A DNA stretch of 64,000 nucleotides, taken from assembly GCF_964263775.1 (NCBI RefSeq), contig NZ_CAXVWM010000117.1, positions 5,653-69,652 on the forward strand, read 5' to 3'. Below, piece after piece: positions 35,036 to 48,246 of the stretch. How positions within the stretch are numbered: the stretch's first letter is position 1; every line of letters begins with the position of its first letter. The notes beneath the pieces were generated by a model. That model did not search any database. It was given only the letters and a program-made list of their open reading frames with translations, and was not told the origin of the DNA. The stretch comes from Agreia sp. (GTDB taxonomy: Bacteria > Actinomycetota > Actinomycetes > Actinomycetales > Microbacteriaceae). A program made the position numbers and the translations under genes.

Positions 35036-37105
35036 ATGGAACCCACCCGCTCCGTCCACCCCTTCGAAGTCGTCAGTGAATACACTCCGAGCGGCGACCA
35101 GCCCACCGCGATCGCCGAGTTGACGGCTCGCATCAACGCGGGCGAGACCGACGTGGTGCTCCTCGGCGCAACGGGCACTGGCAAGTCGGCGACGACGGCC
35201 TGGCTCATAGAAGCGGTTCAGCGCCCCACTCTCGTTCTGGCGCACAACAAGACCCTCGCGGCCCAGCTCGCGAACGAGTTTCGAGAGCTCATGCCCAACA
35301 ACGCGGTCGAATACTTCGTGTCGTACTACGACTACTACCAGCCAGAGGCCTACGTTCCCCAGACGGACACCTTCATCGAGAAAGACAGTTCAATCAACTC
35401 CGAGGTCGAGCGCCTGCGGCACTCGACCACCAACTCGCTCCTGAGCCGACGCGACGTCGTGGTGGTATCGACGGTCTCGTGCATCTACGGCCTCGGCACC
35501 CCCGAGCAGTACATGAACGCCATGATCGCGCTGCAAGTCGGCCAGCGCATCGACAGGGACTGGCTCATCCGCAAGTTCGTCTCGATGCAGTACAACCGCA
35601 ACGACATCGATTTCTCGCGCGGCAACTTCCGCGTGCGCGGCGACACGATCGAGATCATTCCCCAGTACGAAGAGCTGGCCATCCGCATCGAGATGTTCGG
35701 CGACGAGATCGAAGCCCTCTACAGCCTGCATCCGCTCACCGGCGACATCGTGCGCAAGCTCGACTCCGTCTCCGTCTTTCCGGGCTCCCACTACGTCACC
35801 GACACCGATGTGATGCAGCGCGCGATCGGCACCATCCAAGACGAGCTCGAACTCCGCGTCGGCCAACTCGAGAAAGAGGGCAAGCTCCTCGAGGCGCAGA
35901 GGCTGCGCATGCGCACCACCTTCGACCTCGAGATGATGCAGCAGATCGGATTCTGCTCCGGCATCGAGAACTACTCCTGGCACATGGATGTGCGGCCGCC
36001 GGGGGCGGCCCCGCACTGCCTCATCGACTACTTCCCCGACGATTTCCTCGTGGTCATCGACGAGTCCCACGTGACGGTGCCCCAGATCGGCGCGATGTAC
36101 GAAGGCGACTCGTCGCGCAAGCGCACCCTCGTCGATCATGGATTCAGGCTTCCGAGCGCCCTCGACAATCGTCCGCTCAAGTGGCCGGAGTTCAAGGAGA
36201 GGGTCGGCCAGACGGTGTACCTCTCGGCCACCCCGGGTAAATATGAGATGGGGATCGCAGACGGCGTCGTGCAGCAGATCATCCGCCCGACAGGCCTGAT
36301 CGATCCCGAGATCGTGATCAAGACATCCACCGGCCAGATCGACGACCTGCTCGAAGAGATTCGAGTGCGTGCCGGCAGAGACGAGCGCGTTCTCGTCACC
36401 ACGCTGACGAAGAAGATGGCAGAAGAGCTCACCGACTTCCTGGGTGAACACGGGGTGCGGGTTCGCTACCTGCACGCAGACGTCGACACCCTGCGCCGTG
36501 TCGAACTGCTCACCGAGCTCAGGGCGGGGCTCTACGACGTGCTCGTAGGAATCAACCTGCTTCGTGAGGGACTCGACTTGCCCGAGGTGTCGCTCGTCGC
36601 CATCCTCGACGCCGACAAAGAGGGATTCCTGCGGTCGTCGACCTCCCTCATCCAGACGATCGGTCGAGCGGCGCGAAATGTGTCCGGACAGGTCATCATG
36701 TACGCCGACAAGGTGACCGACTCGATGGCCTTCGCAATCAGCGAGACGACGCGCAGGCGCGAACTGCAGGTGGCCTACAACTCAGAGCACGGCATCGACC
36801 CGACCCCGTTGCGCAAGCGCATCGCCGACATCACCGACGTGCTCGCCCGTGAAGGCGCCGACACGGCGCAACTGCTCGCGGGCCGTGACAACTCGAAGAA
36901 GAAGTCGCCCACTCCCAACCTGCGCCGGGAGGGTATCGCCGCCGAGGGAGCGAACCAGCTCGAGGCGATCATCGCCGATCTCAACGAACAGATGCTCCAG
37001 GCGGCCGGTGAACTCAAGTTCGAACTGGCCGCGCGACTGCGCGACGAACTCGGAGATTTGAAGAAAGACCTGCGGCAGATGTCGGCAGCCGGGCATCTCT
37101 CGTGA
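35036..37105 (+). CDS. uvrB: Excinuclease ABC subunit B
   Basis: Motifs [12 protein letters not shown] and [11 protein letters not shown], and a C-terminal UVR motif [14 protein letters not shown]. Confidence 0.97.
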   Translation: MEPTRSVHPFEVVSEYTPSGDQPTAIAELTARINAGETDVVLLGATGTGKSATTAWLIEAVQRPTLVLAHNKTLAAQLANEFRELMPNNAVEYFVSYYDYYQPEAYVPQTDTFIEKDSSINSEVERLRHSTTNSLLSRRDVVVVSTVSCIYGLGTPEQYMNAMIALQVGQRIDRDWLIRKFVSMQYNRNDIDFSRGNFRVRGDTIEIIPQYEELAIRIEMFGDEIEALYSLHPLTGDIVRKLDSVSVFPGSHYVTDTDVMQRAIGTIQDELELRVGQLEKEGKLLEAQRLRMRTTFDLEMMQQIGFCSGIENYSWHMDVRPPGAAPHCLIDYFPDDFLVVIDESHVTVPQIGAMYEGDSSRKRTLVDHGFRLPSALDNRPLKWPEFKERVGQTVYLSATPGKYEMGIADGVVQQIIRPTGLIDPEIVIKTSTGQIDDLLEEIRVRAGRDERVLVTTLTKKMAEELTDFLGEHGVRVRYLHADVDTLRRVELLTELRAGLYDVLVGINLLREGLDLPEVSLVAILDADKEGFLRSSTSLIQTIGRAARNVSGQVIMYADKVTDSMAFAISETTRRRELQVAYNSEHGIDPTPLRKRIADITDVLAREGADTAQLLAGRDNSKKKSPTPNLRREGIAAEGANQLEAIIADLNEQMLQAAGELKFELAARLRDELGDLKKDLRQMSAAGHLS

Positions 37106-37431
37106 CCGACGCCGTCGCGCCGTCGCGCCGCCGGGTCGTCGAGTGGCAAGACCCGCACATCGGGGCCGCCGAAGCGAGAACACTCGGCGGGCTCGAGTAT
37201 CTGAACGCCATGATCGCGGGCCGCATCCCGCCACCCCCGATCGCTGTGCTCATGAATCTCGAACTCGTCTCTGCGAGCCGCGGAACGGCCGTCTTCACCT
37301 GCTCTCCCGACGAGTCGGTTTACAACCCCATCGGCGCGGTTCATGGCGGTTTCATGCGCACCGCGCTCGATTCCGACGTCGGGCGCACCGTGGCGACCGC
37401 ATCGAGCACCCTGCTCGTCTTCGACGTGTAG
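37102..37431 (+). CDS. Hotdog-fold (PaaI-like) thioesterase remnant, apparently internally shortened (109 aa)
   Basis: [17 protein letters not shown] is followed after only about 10 aa by a typical family C-terminus ([16 protein letters not shown]). The intact paralogue at 25222-25641 has 73 aa after its HGG motif; this ORF has 27. GTG overlaps the uvrB stop (GTGA at 37102-37105). Confidence 0.55.
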   Translation: MTDAVAPSRRRVVEWQDPHIGAAEARTLGGLEYLNAMIAGRIPPPPIAVLMNLELVSASRGTAVFTCSPDESVYNPIGAVHGGFMRTALDSDVGRTVATASSTLLVFDV

Positions 37432-37504
37432 CACACTGGTTCCCGCGCCTCCGCCGTCAGCAGAACCGGGACGGAGCGTCGGTGGCCGCACATAGACTTT
37501 CGAG

Positions 37505-40372
37505 GTGTCAGTTTCGAAGGTAGATTCCTCCAACGTCCTCAGCGTCCACGGCGCCCGCGTCCACAATCTTCACGACGTGAATCTCGAGATCCCCCGGGAC
37601 TCGCTCGTGGTCTTCACGGGTCTCTCCGGGTCGGGCAAGTCTTCCCTCGCCTTCGATACGATCTTCGCTGAGGGGCAGCGTCGCTACGTCGAGTCGCTTT
37701 CTGCCTACGCTCGACAGTTTCTCGGGCAGGTCGACCGCCCCGACGTCGACTTCATCGAGGGGCTCAGCCCCGCCGTGTCGATCGACCAGAAATCGACGAA
37801 CCGCAACCCTCGCTCGACAGTCGGCACGATCACCGAGATCTACGACTACATGCGGCTGCTGTGGGCACGCATCGGAATTCCGCACTGTCCGATCTGCGGA
37901 GAACCGATCAAGTCGCAGACCGTGCAGCAGATCGCCGACCAGCTCATGGAGCTCGAAGACGGCATCCGCTACCAGGTCGCCAGCCCCGTGGTCTCGCAGA
38001 AGAAGGGCGAGTTCGTCGACCTGTTCTCAGAACTCGCCGCCGCAGGCTACTCGCGTGCGCTCGTCGACGGCGAGGTCGTTCAGCTGAACGATCCGCCCAA
38101 GCTCAAGAAGCAGGTCAAGCACGACATCTCCGTCGTCGTCGACCGGCTCGTCGCGGGGCCCGACATCCTGAGCCGACTCACCGATTCGCTCGAGACGGCC
38201 CTGCGGCTCACCGACGGCCTGGTGCAGATCAACTACGTCGACTCCGAAGGCCCGGATGCCTGGCAGACCTTCTCCGAGAAGCTCTCGTGCCCGAACAATC
38301 ACCCCATCGCCCTCACCGAAATCGAACCGCGCACCTTTTCGTTCAACGCGCCGTTCGGTGCGTGCCCCGAGTGCTCGGGCCTCGGCACCCGCATGTCGGT
38401 CGATTCCGATCTGCTGCTGGGAGACCACGACCTCAGCATCGCCGAGGGAGTCATCGTTCCGTGGACCACCCAGGGAAAGGGGCTCTTCAGCTACTACGAG
38501 AAGCTTCTTCACGGGCTCTCCCGTGACCTCGACTTCTCGTTGAAGACCCCCTGGGGCAAACTGAGCGACGAAGTGCAGAACGCGGTGCTCCGCGGCAACA
38601 ACTTCGAGGTCAAGGTTCGCTGGAAGAACCGCTACGGCCGCGAAGTGAGCTACTCCTCGGGATTCGAGGGTGTCGTTCCCTACATCGAACGGCAGTTCTT
38701 GCAGGCAGAGACCGACACCCAGCGCGCGCGCTGGTCGGAGTTCCTCCGAGAGATACCGTGCCCTGTCTGCAACGGCAAGCGCCTCAAGCCCGAGGTGCTC
38801 GCGGTCACAGTCAACGGCCGCAGCATCGCCGACGTCACCGACATCTCGCTGACCGACGCGCAGACGTTCATGCACGACGTCGTCCTTACAGATCGAGAAG
38901 CGGCGATCGCGGCCCAGGTGCTGCGCGAGATCAGACTGCGCCTCGACTTTCTGATACAGGTCGGCCTCAATTATCTCAACCTGGCCCGAGCCGCCGCATC
39001 GCTGTCCGGGGGCGAGGCCCAGCGCATCCGTCTCGCCACCCAGATCGGCTCGGGGCTCACGGGGGTGCTCTACGTTCTCGACGAACCGTCGATCGGATTG
39101 CACCAGCGAGACAACCGGCGCCTCATCGAGACGCTGGTCAAGCTTCGAGACCTCGGAAACACCCTCATCGTCGTCGAGCACGACGAAGACACCATCCGCA
39201 CGGCCGACTGGATCGTCGACATCGGTCCGGGGGCGGGCGTGAACGGCGGAGAGGTCGTCCACTCCGGGTCGTACGCAGACCTCCTCACCAACACCAGATC
39301 GCTCACCGGCGACTATCTCTCCGGTCGCAAGGAGATCGAGATTCCGGCGACACGGCGTCCCCTCGACCCCGAGCGTCAGATCACCGTCATCGATGCCGAA
39401 GCGAACAACCTGCGCAAAGTCACGGTCGATTTTCCCCTCGGCACCTTCGTCGCCGTCACCGGAGTGTCGGGTTCCGGCAAATCGTCGCTGGTGAACGACA
39501 TCCTCTACCGGGTGCTCGCGAACAAGCTCAATGGTGCTCGCAAGATTCCCGGCAAGCACAAGAGGGTCACGGGTCTCGAGAACCTCGACAAGGTCGTGCA
39601 CGTCGACCAGAACCCCATCGGTCGCACTCCGCGCTCCAATCCGGCGACCTACACCGGAGTCTTCGACCGCATTCGCAACCTGTTCGCCGACACGGCCGAG
39701 GCCAAGGCCCGCGGCTACCTGGCCGGTCGTTTCAGCTTCAACGTGAAGGGCGGGCGGTGTGAGGCGTGCTCGGGCGACGGAACCATCAAGATCGAGATGA
39801 ATTTCTTGCCCGACGTCTACGTCAAATGCGAAGTCTGCCAAGGGGCGCGCTACAACCGCGACACTCTGAGCGTGCACTACAAGGGCAAGAGCATCTCCGA
39901 GGTTCTCGATATGCCCATCACCGAGGCCGCAGAGTTCTTCGAGCCGATCGGCGCCATCCACCGCTTCTTGAAGACGCTCGTCGACGTCGGGCTCGGATAC
40001 GTGCGACTCGGCCAGAGCGCCACGACCCTGTCAGGGGGAGAGGCCCAGCGGGTGAAGCTCGCGACCGAGCTGCAGAAGCGCTCCAACGGCCGCACGGTCT
40101 ACGTGCTCGACGAGCCCACGACGGGCCTGCATTTCGAAGACGTCCGCAAGCTCCTCCTGGTGCTCAACGGCCTGGTCGACAAGGGCAACACCGTCATCGT
40201 GATCGAGCACAATCTCGACGTCATCAAGAGCGCCGACTGGCTGATCGACATCGGTCCGGAGGGCGGGGCCGGCGGTGGCCGAATCTTGGCGACCGGCACG
40301 CCCGAGCAGCTGGCGAAGGTGAAGAAGAGCCACACCGGTTTCTTCCTCAAGGAGATCCTCGAGGCGAAGTAG
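37505..40372 (+). CDS. uvrA: Excinuclease ABC subunit A
   Basis: Two ABC modules ([14 protein letters not shown] / [12 protein letters not shown] and [11 protein letters not shown] / [12 protein letters not shown]) and zinc-finger cysteines. Confidence 0.97.
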   Translation: MSVSKVDSSNVLSVHGARVHNLHDVNLEIPRDSLVVFTGLSGSGKSSLAFDTIFAEGQRRYVESLSAYARQFLGQVDRPDVDFIEGLSPAVSIDQKSTNRNPRSTVGTITEIYDYMRLLWARIGIPHCPICGEPIKSQTVQQIADQLMELEDGIRYQVASPVVSQKKGEFVDLFSELAAAGYSRALVDGEVVQLNDPPKLKKQVKHDISVVVDRLVAGPDILSRLTDSLETALRLTDGLVQINYVDSEGPDAWQTFSEKLSCPNNHPIALTEIEPRTFSFNAPFGACPECSGLGTRMSVDSDLLLGDHDLSIAEGVIVPWTTQGKGLFSYYEKLLHGLSRDLDFSLKTPWGKLSDEVQNAVLRGNNFEVKVRWKNRYGREVSYSSGFEGVVPYIERQFLQAETDTQRARWSEFLREIPCPVCNGKRLKPEVLAVTVNGRSIADVTDISLTDAQTFMHDVVLTDREAAIAAQVLREIRLRLDFLIQVGLNYLNLARAAASLSGGEAQRIRLATQIGSGLTGVLYVLDEPSIGLHQRDNRRLIETLVKLRDLGNTLIVVEHDEDTIRTADWIVDIGPGAGVNGGEVVHSGSYADLLTNTRSLTGDYLSGRKEIEIPATRRPLDPERQITVIDAEANNLRKVTVDFPLGTFVAVTGVSGSGKSSLVNDILYRVLANKLNGARKIPGKHKRVTGLENLDKVVHVDQNPIGRTPRSNPATYTGVFDRIRNLFADTAEAKARGYLAGRFSFNVKGGRCEACSGDGTIKIEMNFLPDVYVKCEVCQGARYNRDTLSVHYKGKSISEVLDMPITEAAEFFEPIGAIHRFLKTLVDVGLGYVRLGQSATTLSGGEAQRVKLATELQKRSNGRTVYVLDEPTTGLHFEDVRKLLLVLNGLVDKGNTVIVIEHNLDVIKSADWLIDIGPEGGAGGGRILATGTPEQLAKVKKSHTGFFLKEILEAK

Positions 40373-40374
40373 AC

Positions 40375-42276
40375 ATGGTTCGAACCTCTCCAGACACTGT
40401 TCCGTACCGCCCCAAGGCGGGGGAGATCCCCACCCAGCCGGGCGTCTACCGCTTTCGTGACGCAACCTCTCGGGTGCTCTATGTAGGCAAGGCGCAGAAC
40501 CTGCGCGCCCGGCTGAGCAACTACTTCGCGCCTTTGCGCAGCCTGCACGAACGAACGCGTCGCATGGTGACGACGGCGGCCTCGGTCGAATGGACCGTCG
40601 TGGCAAGCGATGTCGAGGCATTGCAACTCGAGTACACGTGGATCAAGGAATTCGATCCGCCGTTCAACGTGAAGTTCCGTGACGACAAGACGTACCCGTT
40701 CATGGCGATCACGCTGGCCGACGAGGCACCGCGTGTCATCGTGACGCGCAACACCCGCATCCCGGGTGCGCGCTACTTCGGCCCGTATCCGAAGATCTGG
40801 GCGGTGCGCGAGACTATCGAGCTCATGGTCAAGGCCTTCCCGATCCGCACCTGCTCGGACTCGAGCTACAAGAAGGCCATGCAGTCCGGGCGACCGTGCT
40901 TCCCTGGCCAGATCGGCCGGTGCGGCGGACCCTGCTCGCACAAGGTCACAGTCGAGGAGCACCGCGCCATCGTCGACGACTTCGTGGCATTCATGGCCGG
41001 GGGAGACAACCGCTTCGTCACCGAGGTGACCCGCAAGATGAAAGAGGCCGCCGCCGGGCAGCAGTACGAGGCGGCCGCCACCTACCGCGATCAGTTGCAG
41101 GCTTTGGACGCCGTGCTCGAGAAAAGCGCCGTCGTACTGAGCGACAATGTCGACACCGATCTCTTCGGGGTCGAGCACGACGAACTCGCGGCCGCGGTGC
41201 AGCAGTTCATCGTTCGGGGCGGCCGCATCCGCGGTGTGCGCGCCTGGGTCGTCGACAAGGAGCTCGATCTCAGCACCGCCGAACTCGTCGATTCCATCCT
41301 GCAGGCCGCCTACGACGGCACCACGATCCCGCCCCGCGAGATCATCGTGCCCGAGCTGCCCGAAGACAAGGCCGAGCTCGAGACGTGGCTCGGCGGCCGC
41401 CGAGACAAGGGCAAGGTGAGCCTCCGCACGGCCCAACGCGGCGAGAAGGCGGCGCTGATGCAGACCGCCAGAATCAACGCCATGAATGCGCTGCAGCTCT
41501 ACAAGACGAGGCGCAGTGCTGATTTCGTCGCCCGCAGCCAGGCCATGACCGACATCCAAGAGGCGCTCGGCATGCCGGATGCGCCCTTGCGCATGGAGTG
41601 CTTCGACGTGTCCCATCTCGGCGGAACCAACATCGTCGCATCCATGGTCGTCTTCGAAGACGGGCTTCCCCGAAAAGACCAGTACCGACGGTTCACGATC
41701 GCCGAATCCACCGACGACACCGACTCGATCCACCAGGTGGTCACGCGGCGTCTCGCGTACCTCCGCGAAGGAACAGAGAGAAGCGAGTCCGATTCGGCGT
41801 CGAAGAAGTTCTCGTACCCGCCGAACCTCCTCGTCGTCGATGGCGGCCAGCCGCAGGTGCAGGCCGCCGCGCGTGCCCTCCGCGAGTCCGGCGTCGACGG
41901 GATATTTCTCTGCGGGCTCGCCAAGCGGCTCGAAGAGATCTGGCTGCCCGACAGTGATTTTCCGGTCATACTGCCCCGGGGCAGCGAGGCGCTCTTCATG
42001 CTGCAGCGGCTGCGCGATGAGGCCCACCGGTTCGCCATCATCCACCAGCGCACCCGGCGCAAGCGCGACATCGCGTCGATTCTGGGCGAGATCCCGGGGC
42101 TCGGCCCGAGTCGGGTGAAGCGCTTGCTGACCCACTTCGGGTCGGTGTCGCAACTGCGACAGGCTCAACCGGATGCGATCGCATCCGTTTCCGGCGTCGG
42201 TCCGATTCTCGCGAAGACGATTTTCGCACACCTCCATCCAGATGGACCGGCGCTCGTCTCCGAGCCTCGCCGCTAG
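40375..42276 (+). CDS. uvrC: Excinuclease ABC subunit C
   Basis: GIY-YIG N-terminus ([25 protein letters not shown]), UVR motif ([14 protein letters not shown]) and C-terminal HhH ([18 protein letters not shown]). ATG lies 3 nt after the uvrA stop. Confidence 0.96.
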   Translation: MVRTSPDTVPYRPKAGEIPTQPGVYRFRDATSRVLYVGKAQNLRARLSNYFAPLRSLHERTRRMVTTAASVEWTVVASDVEALQLEYTWIKEFDPPFNVKFRDDKTYPFMAITLADEAPRVIVTRNTRIPGARYFGPYPKIWAVRETIELMVKAFPIRTCSDSSYKKAMQSGRPCFPGQIGRCGGPCSHKVTVEEHRAIVDDFVAFMAGGDNRFVTEVTRKMKEAAAGQQYEAAATYRDQLQALDAVLEKSAVVLSDNVDTDLFGVEHDELAAAVQQFIVRGGRIRGVRAWVVDKELDLSTAELVDSILQAAYDGTTIPPREIIVPELPEDKAELETWLGGRRDKGKVSLRTAQRGEKAALMQTARINAMNALQLYKTRRSADFVARSQAMTDIQEALGMPDAPLRMECFDVSHLGGTNIVASMVVFEDGLPRKDQYRRFTIAESTDDTDSIHQVVTRRLAYLREGTERSESDSASKKFSYPPNLLVVDGGQPQVQAAARALRESGVDGIFLCGLAKRLEEIWLPDSDFPVILPRGSEALFMLQRLRDEAHRFAIIHQRTRRKRDIASILGEIPGLGPSRVKRLLTHFGSVSQLRQAQPDAIASVSGVGPILAKTIFAHLHPDGPALVSEPRR

Positions 42277-42320
42277 GCTAGACGTTCACCCCCGGCAGCA
42301 CTCTTCACGAAGGCGAACCC

Positions 42321-43196
42321 ATGACTGACGCTCCACTTCCCCAAGAAGTGCTGATAGTCACGGGAATGTCGGGAGCCGGCCGATCGACCGTCGCGAATGC
42401 CCTCGAAGACCTGGGTTGGTACGTCGTCGACAACCTGCCGCCGCAGATGCTGCGGCCCCTCGTCGACCTCGCCGAGAAGGCCGGTTCGACGCTTCCCCGC
42501 ATCGCTGCCGTCGTCGATGTCCGGGGGCGCGACTTCTTCGGCGACCTCCAAGAGATCATCCATTCGCTCCGCTCGGGCAGCCAGCTTCGCGTTCTCTTTC
42601 TCGAAGCGACCGACTCGGCCCTGGTGCGGCGATTCGAACAGGTGAGGCGCCCGCACCCCCTGCAGGGCGACGGAACACTTCTCGACGGCATCGAGCGCGA
42701 GCGGGTGCGCCTGCACCCCATCCGCGAGTCGAGCGACATGGTCATCGACACGTCGGATCTCAACATCCACCAGCTCGCCACGCGTATCGCCGAGGGGTTC
42801 TCCACCACCGATACCCCCGGTGTGCAGGTCACTCTGATGAGCTTCGGCTTCAAGTACGGCACCCCCACCGATGTCGACTCGATCGCCGACGCCCGATTCC
42901 TGCCCAACCCGTTCTGGATCCCGGAGCTGCGCGCCCATACCGGACTTGACAGCGAGGTCAGCGACTATGTCCTCGCTCAAGACGGCGCAGCAGAGTTCCT
43001 CGAGTCATACGCGACCTCCCTCAAACCCGTCCTCGCCGGATACCAACGCGAGAACAAACGGCACGCCACCATGGCGATCGGATGCACGGGGGGCAAGCAC
43101 CGTTCCGTCGCCCTCACCCGTGCCCTCGCAGACCGGCTGGAGTCGTACCCCGGCGTCGTCGTCAACGTCAAGCATCGCGACCTCGGTCGCGAATAA
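42321..43196 (+). CDS. rapZ: RNase adapter / nucleotide-binding protein RapZ (YvcJ family)
   Basis: Motifs VTGMSGAGRSTVANALEDLGWYVVDNLP and AIGCTGGKHRSV. Confidence 0.92.
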   Translation: MTDAPLPQEVLIVTGMSGAGRSTVANALEDLGWYVVDNLPPQMLRPLVDLAEKAGSTLPRIAAVVDVRGRDFFGDLQEIIHSLRSGSQLRVLFLEATDSALVRRFEQVRRPHPLQGDGTLLDGIERERVRLHPIRESSDMVIDTSDLNIHQLATRIAEGFSTTDTPGVQVTLMSFGFKYGTPTDVDSIADARFLPNPFWIPELRAHTGLDSEVSDYVLAQDGAAEFLESYATSLKPVLAGYQRENKRHATMAIGCTGGKHRSVALTRALADRLESYPGVVVNVKHRDLGRE

Positions 43197-43268
43197 TACC
43201 GACCGTTCTCGCCTACGGATGCCACGAGCATCCTGGCGAGATCGGCCACACGAACGAATGGATAGAGA

Positions 43269-44246
43269 TTGGCCCTCACCGCCGATGTCAAAGAAGAACT
43301 GACCCGCGTCGTCGCCAAGAAGACGACCCTCCGGGCAGCCGAACTGGCGACCATCCTGCGGTTTTCCGGTGGCCTGCACCTGATTTCGCACCGCATCGCG
43401 ATCGAGTCCGAGCTCGACACTCCCGAGCTCGTGAAGCGAGTCCGCCGCGACCTAGCCGAGCTCTACGGAATTCGCGGCGAAGTGTCGCACGTGTCGGCCA
43501 CAGGCGCCAAGCGCAATGGATCGTATCTCGTGCGCGTCATCGATGGCGGCGAGACCCTCGCCAGGCAGACAGGCCTGCTGGATGCGCGGCGCCGCCCGAT
43601 CCGCGGGCTCCCGAACCGCCTCACGACGGGGTCCCAAGAAGAACTGTCCGCCGTCTGGCGGGGCGCGTTCCTCGCAAGCGGCACCCTGACCGATCCTGGA
43701 CGGTCGGCTGCCCTCGAGATCACCTGCCCCGGCAACGAGTCCGCCATGGCCCTCGTGGGTGCCGCTGCCCGCCTCCACGTGCAGGCGAAGGCCCGCGAGG
43801 TCAGGGGAGTGCACCGTGTGGTCATCCGCGACGGCGAAGCAATCGCGCGGATGCTCTCGCTCATGGGTGCCGCAGACGCCGTCTCGCGGTGGGAAGATCT
43901 GCGCCAGCGCCGCGAGGTTCGGGCCACGGCGAACAGGCTCGTCAACTTCGACGACGCGAACCTGCGTCGCTCGGCGCAGGCCGCAGTCGCCGCCTGCTCC
44001 CGGGTCGAGCGCGCACTCGAGATCCTCGGGGCCGACGTGCCGCCCCACCTGAAGTATGCGGGCGATCTGCGGCTGAACTTCCGCGATTCCAGCCTCGATG
44101 AGCTCGGTCACCACGCAGACCCGCCGATGACCAAGGATGCGATCGCCGGGCGTATTCGACGGCTCCTCGCCATGGCCGACAAACAGGCGAGCGACCTGGG
44201 AATACCGGGCACCGACGCGAATCTGCCGCCGGATCTCGACGACTGA
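43269..44246 (+). CDS. whiA: Sporulation/cell-division transcription regulator WhiA
   Basis: 325 aa. [14 protein letters not shown]-terminus, degenerate LAGLIDADG-like domains and a C-terminal HTH. TTG start. Confidence 0.9.
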   Translation: MALTADVKEELTRVVAKKTTLRAAELATILRFSGGLHLISHRIAIESELDTPELVKRVRRDLAELYGIRGEVSHVSATGAKRNGSYLVRVIDGGETLARQTGLLDARRRPIRGLPNRLTTGSQEELSAVWRGAFLASGTLTDPGRSAALEITCPGNESAMALVGAAARLHVQAKAREVRGVHRVVIRDGEAIARMLSLMGAADAVSRWEDLRQRREVRATANRLVNFDDANLRRSAQAAVAACSRVERALEILGADVPPHLKYAGDLRLNFRDSSLDELGHHADPPMTKDAIAGRIRRLLAMADKQASDLGIPGTDANLPPDLDD

Positions 44247-44377
44247 ACTGAAGATCCCGGGCAATCGCGAGGCGCGAGGAAGTTTTCAGGGCGCTGTCCG
44301 TTGACCTCAGTAGACTGATCAGGTCACTCACAGCCGCCCGAGTTTTTCGGAGCGGCGCCTTATTCGAGGAGATATCA

Positions 44378-46103
<1,726 letters not shown>

Positions 46104-46118
46104 ATCGAGGAATCCACT

Positions 46119-47330
46119 GTGACTCTGCGCACTCTGGATTCGCTCGGCTCCCTTGCGGGAAAACGCGTCCTCGTTCGGTGCGACCTCAATGTTCCGTTGA
46201 AAGACGGGGTCATCACCGACGACGGACGCGTTCGAGCGTCTCTGGCAACCATCAACGCCCTGGTCAACCAGGGCGCACGGGTGATCCTCATTAGCCACCT
46301 CGGTCGACCCGAGGGCGCACCCGATCCCCAGTTCAGCCTGCAGCCGGTCGCCCAGCGACTGTCCGAACTGCTCGGCAAACCCGTCGCCTTCGCCGGCGAC
46401 ACGGTGGGCACGAGTGCTCGGGATGCTGTCGACTCCCTTGAAGACGGCGACGTCCTACTGCTCGAGAACCTGCGGTTCAACGCCGCAGAGACGAGCAAGA
46501 GCCCCGACGACCGATCGTCGTTCGCGGCCCGGCTCGCGGAGTTCGGCGACGCCTTCGTCTCCGACGGATTCGGAGTGGTGCATCGCAAGCAGGCGAGCGT
46601 CTACGAACTCGCATCCGCGCTTCCGAGCGCAGCAGGCCTGCTCATCGCCGCCGAACTCGACGTGCTCGAGAAGCTCACAGAGAGTCCGGCACGGCCCTAC
46701 ACTGTCGTGCTCGGCGGCTCCAAAGTTTCCGACAAACTCGGCGTCATCGGACATCTGCTTCCCAAGGTCGACACCCTGCTCATCGGTGGCGGCATGCTCT
46801 TCACCTTCCTGGCGGCCCAGGGCTTTCGCGTCGGTGGCAGCCTGCTCGAAAGCGATCAGATCGACACGGTCAAGGGTTATCTCGCCGAGGCGAAAGAGCG
46901 CGGCATCCGCATCGTTCTTCCCACCGATGTGGTCGTGGCATCGAAGTTCGGTGCAGACGCCGAGCACACCGTGACGAGTGCGCAATCGATCGAGGACACG
47001 CCGTTCGGCCAAAGCGGCCTCGGGCTCGACATCGGCCCCGAGACGGGCATCACGTTCGCACGCATCATCGAGGAGTCGAAGACGGTGTTCTGGAACGGCC
47101 CCATGGGCGTCTTCGAACTCGCGCCGTTCGCCGAGGGCACACGTGCAGTGGCCGACGCCCTGACCCGCGTCGACGGGCTCGGCGTGGTCGGTGGAGGAGA
47201 CTCCGCCGCCGCCGTGCGGGCACTGGGCTTCTCAGACGAGCAGTTCGGTCATATTTCAACAGGTGGCGGTGCAAGCCTCGAGTTCCTCGAGGGCAAGCGT
47301 CTGCCCGGACTGGAGGTCCTCGGATGGTAA
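46119..47330 (+). CDS. pgk: Phosphoglycerate kinase
   Basis: Motifs VRCDLNVPL, NGPMGVFE and VVGGGDSAAAV. Confidence 0.96.
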   Translation: MTLRTLDSLGSLAGKRVLVRCDLNVPLKDGVITDDGRVRASLATINALVNQGARVILISHLGRPEGAPDPQFSLQPVAQRLSELLGKPVAFAGDTVGTSARDAVDSLEDGDVLLLENLRFNAAETSKSPDDRSSFAARLAEFGDAFVSDGFGVVHRKQASVYELASALPSAAGLLIAAELDVLEKLTESPARPYTVVLGGSKVSDKLGVIGHLLPKVDTLLIGGGMLFTFLAAQGFRVGGSLLESDQIDTVKGYLAEAKERGIRIVLPTDVVVASKFGADAEHTVTSAQSIEDTPFGQSGLGLDIGPETGITFARIIEESKTVFWNGPMGVFELAPFAEGTRAVADALTRVDGLGVVGGGDSAAAVRALGFSDEQFGHISTGGGASLEFLEGKRLPGLEVLGW

Positions 47331-48124
47331 GTGCCGATCAGAAGCAGGGTAGAACGCCGCTCATCGCGGGCAACTGGAAGATGAACCTCGATCACCTTCA
47401 GGCGATCGCTTTCGTGCAGAAACTCGCATGGAGCTTGAAGGACGCGGCACACAACCACGCCGACGTCGAAGCGGCGATCTTTCCGCCCTTCACAGACCTG
47501 CGCAGTGTGCAGACGCTCATCTCTGCCGACAAGCTCGAGCTCGCGTACGGCGCACAAGACGTGTCACAGCACTCGAGCGGCGCCTACACCGGCGAAATAT
47601 CGGGTTCCTTCCTGAAGCAGCTCGACTGCCGGTACGTCATCATCGGACACTCGGAGCGACGTACGCTGCACGCCGAGACCGACGAAGTCGTCGCCGCGAA
47701 AACGGCCGCGGCCATCTCGAGCGGCATTGTTCCCATCATCTGCGTCGGAGAGACGTCCGACGACCTCGAGAAGCACGGACCTTCCGCCGTGCCCGTCGCC
47801 CAGCTGACGGCAGCCTTGTCGTCGGTGCAGTCGGCATCCGATATCGTCGTGGCCTATGAGCCCGTCTGGGCGATCGGATCGGGGCAGGCGGCGACACCAG
47901 AGCAGGCCGAGGCCGTCTGTGCGGCACTGCGCTCCGTGCTCGAGACCACACTCGGCTCCGACGTGGCGGCGAAGACTCGAATCCTTTACGGAGGATCGGT
48001 CAAGTCGACGAACATCGGAGGCTTCATGAAGCAGCCGAACGTCGACGGCGCACTGGTCGGCGGCGCAAGCCTCGACTTGACCGAGTTCGCCAGCATCATC
48101 CGGTACCAGAAGCACGCCTTCTAA
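47324..48124 (+). CDS. tpiA: Triosephosphate isomerase
   Basis: Motifs LIAGNWKMN, IIGHSERR and AYEPVWAIGSG. Confidence 0.96.
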   Translation: MVSADQKQGRTPLIAGNWKMNLDHLQAIAFVQKLAWSLKDAAHNHADVEAAIFPPFTDLRSVQTLISADKLELAYGAQDVSQHSSGAYTGEISGSFLKQLDCRYVIIGHSERRTLHAETDEVVAAKTAAAISSGIVPIICVGETSDDLEKHGPSAVPVAQLTAALSSVQSASDIVVAYEPVWAIGSGQAATPEQAEAVCAALRSVLETTLGSDVAAKTRILYGGSVKSTNIGGFMKQPNVDGALVGGASLDLTEFASIIRYQKHAF

Positions 48125-48131
48125 ACGACAG

Positions 48132-48203
48132 CGCGTCGGGGGGGGGGGGGGGGGGCGGGGGGGCCCCCCGGGCGGGCGCCCCGGGGCCCCCCCACCCGCG
48201 TCG
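48132..48203. repeat. G/C-only low-complexity tract (G18-C-G7-C6-...-C7) flanked by a 7-bp direct repeat cgcgtcg
   Basis: Direct reading: 48138-48155 is 18 consecutive G. Positions 48139-48196 contain only G and C apart from one A. cgcgtcg occurs at 48132-48138 and again at 48197-48203. Confidence 0.9.
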
Positions 48204-48240
48204 CTCCTCGTCATGGCGCGTCACATCGCCGATGTACAGG

Positions 48241-48246
48241 TATAAT
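48241..48246 (+). promoter_or_regulatory. Consensus -10 box (TATAAT) upstream of secG
   Basis: Perfect TATAAT 52 nt upstream of the secG GTG. No convincing -35. Confidence 0.35.

Noticed and set aside
44301-44306. ttgacc hexamer upstream of sodA, considered as a -35 box
   Set aside because: It lies only 4 nt from the tagact box, and 17-18 nt downstream there is no TAnnnT hexamer. A promoter call is not supportable from sequence alone.
47564-48214. Minus-strand ORF whose N-terminus translates the G/C tract as GGGAPGRPPGGPPRPPPPPP
   Set aside because: Antisense to tpiA. The poly-Pro/Gly stretch is just the translated homopolymer tract, not evidence of a gene.
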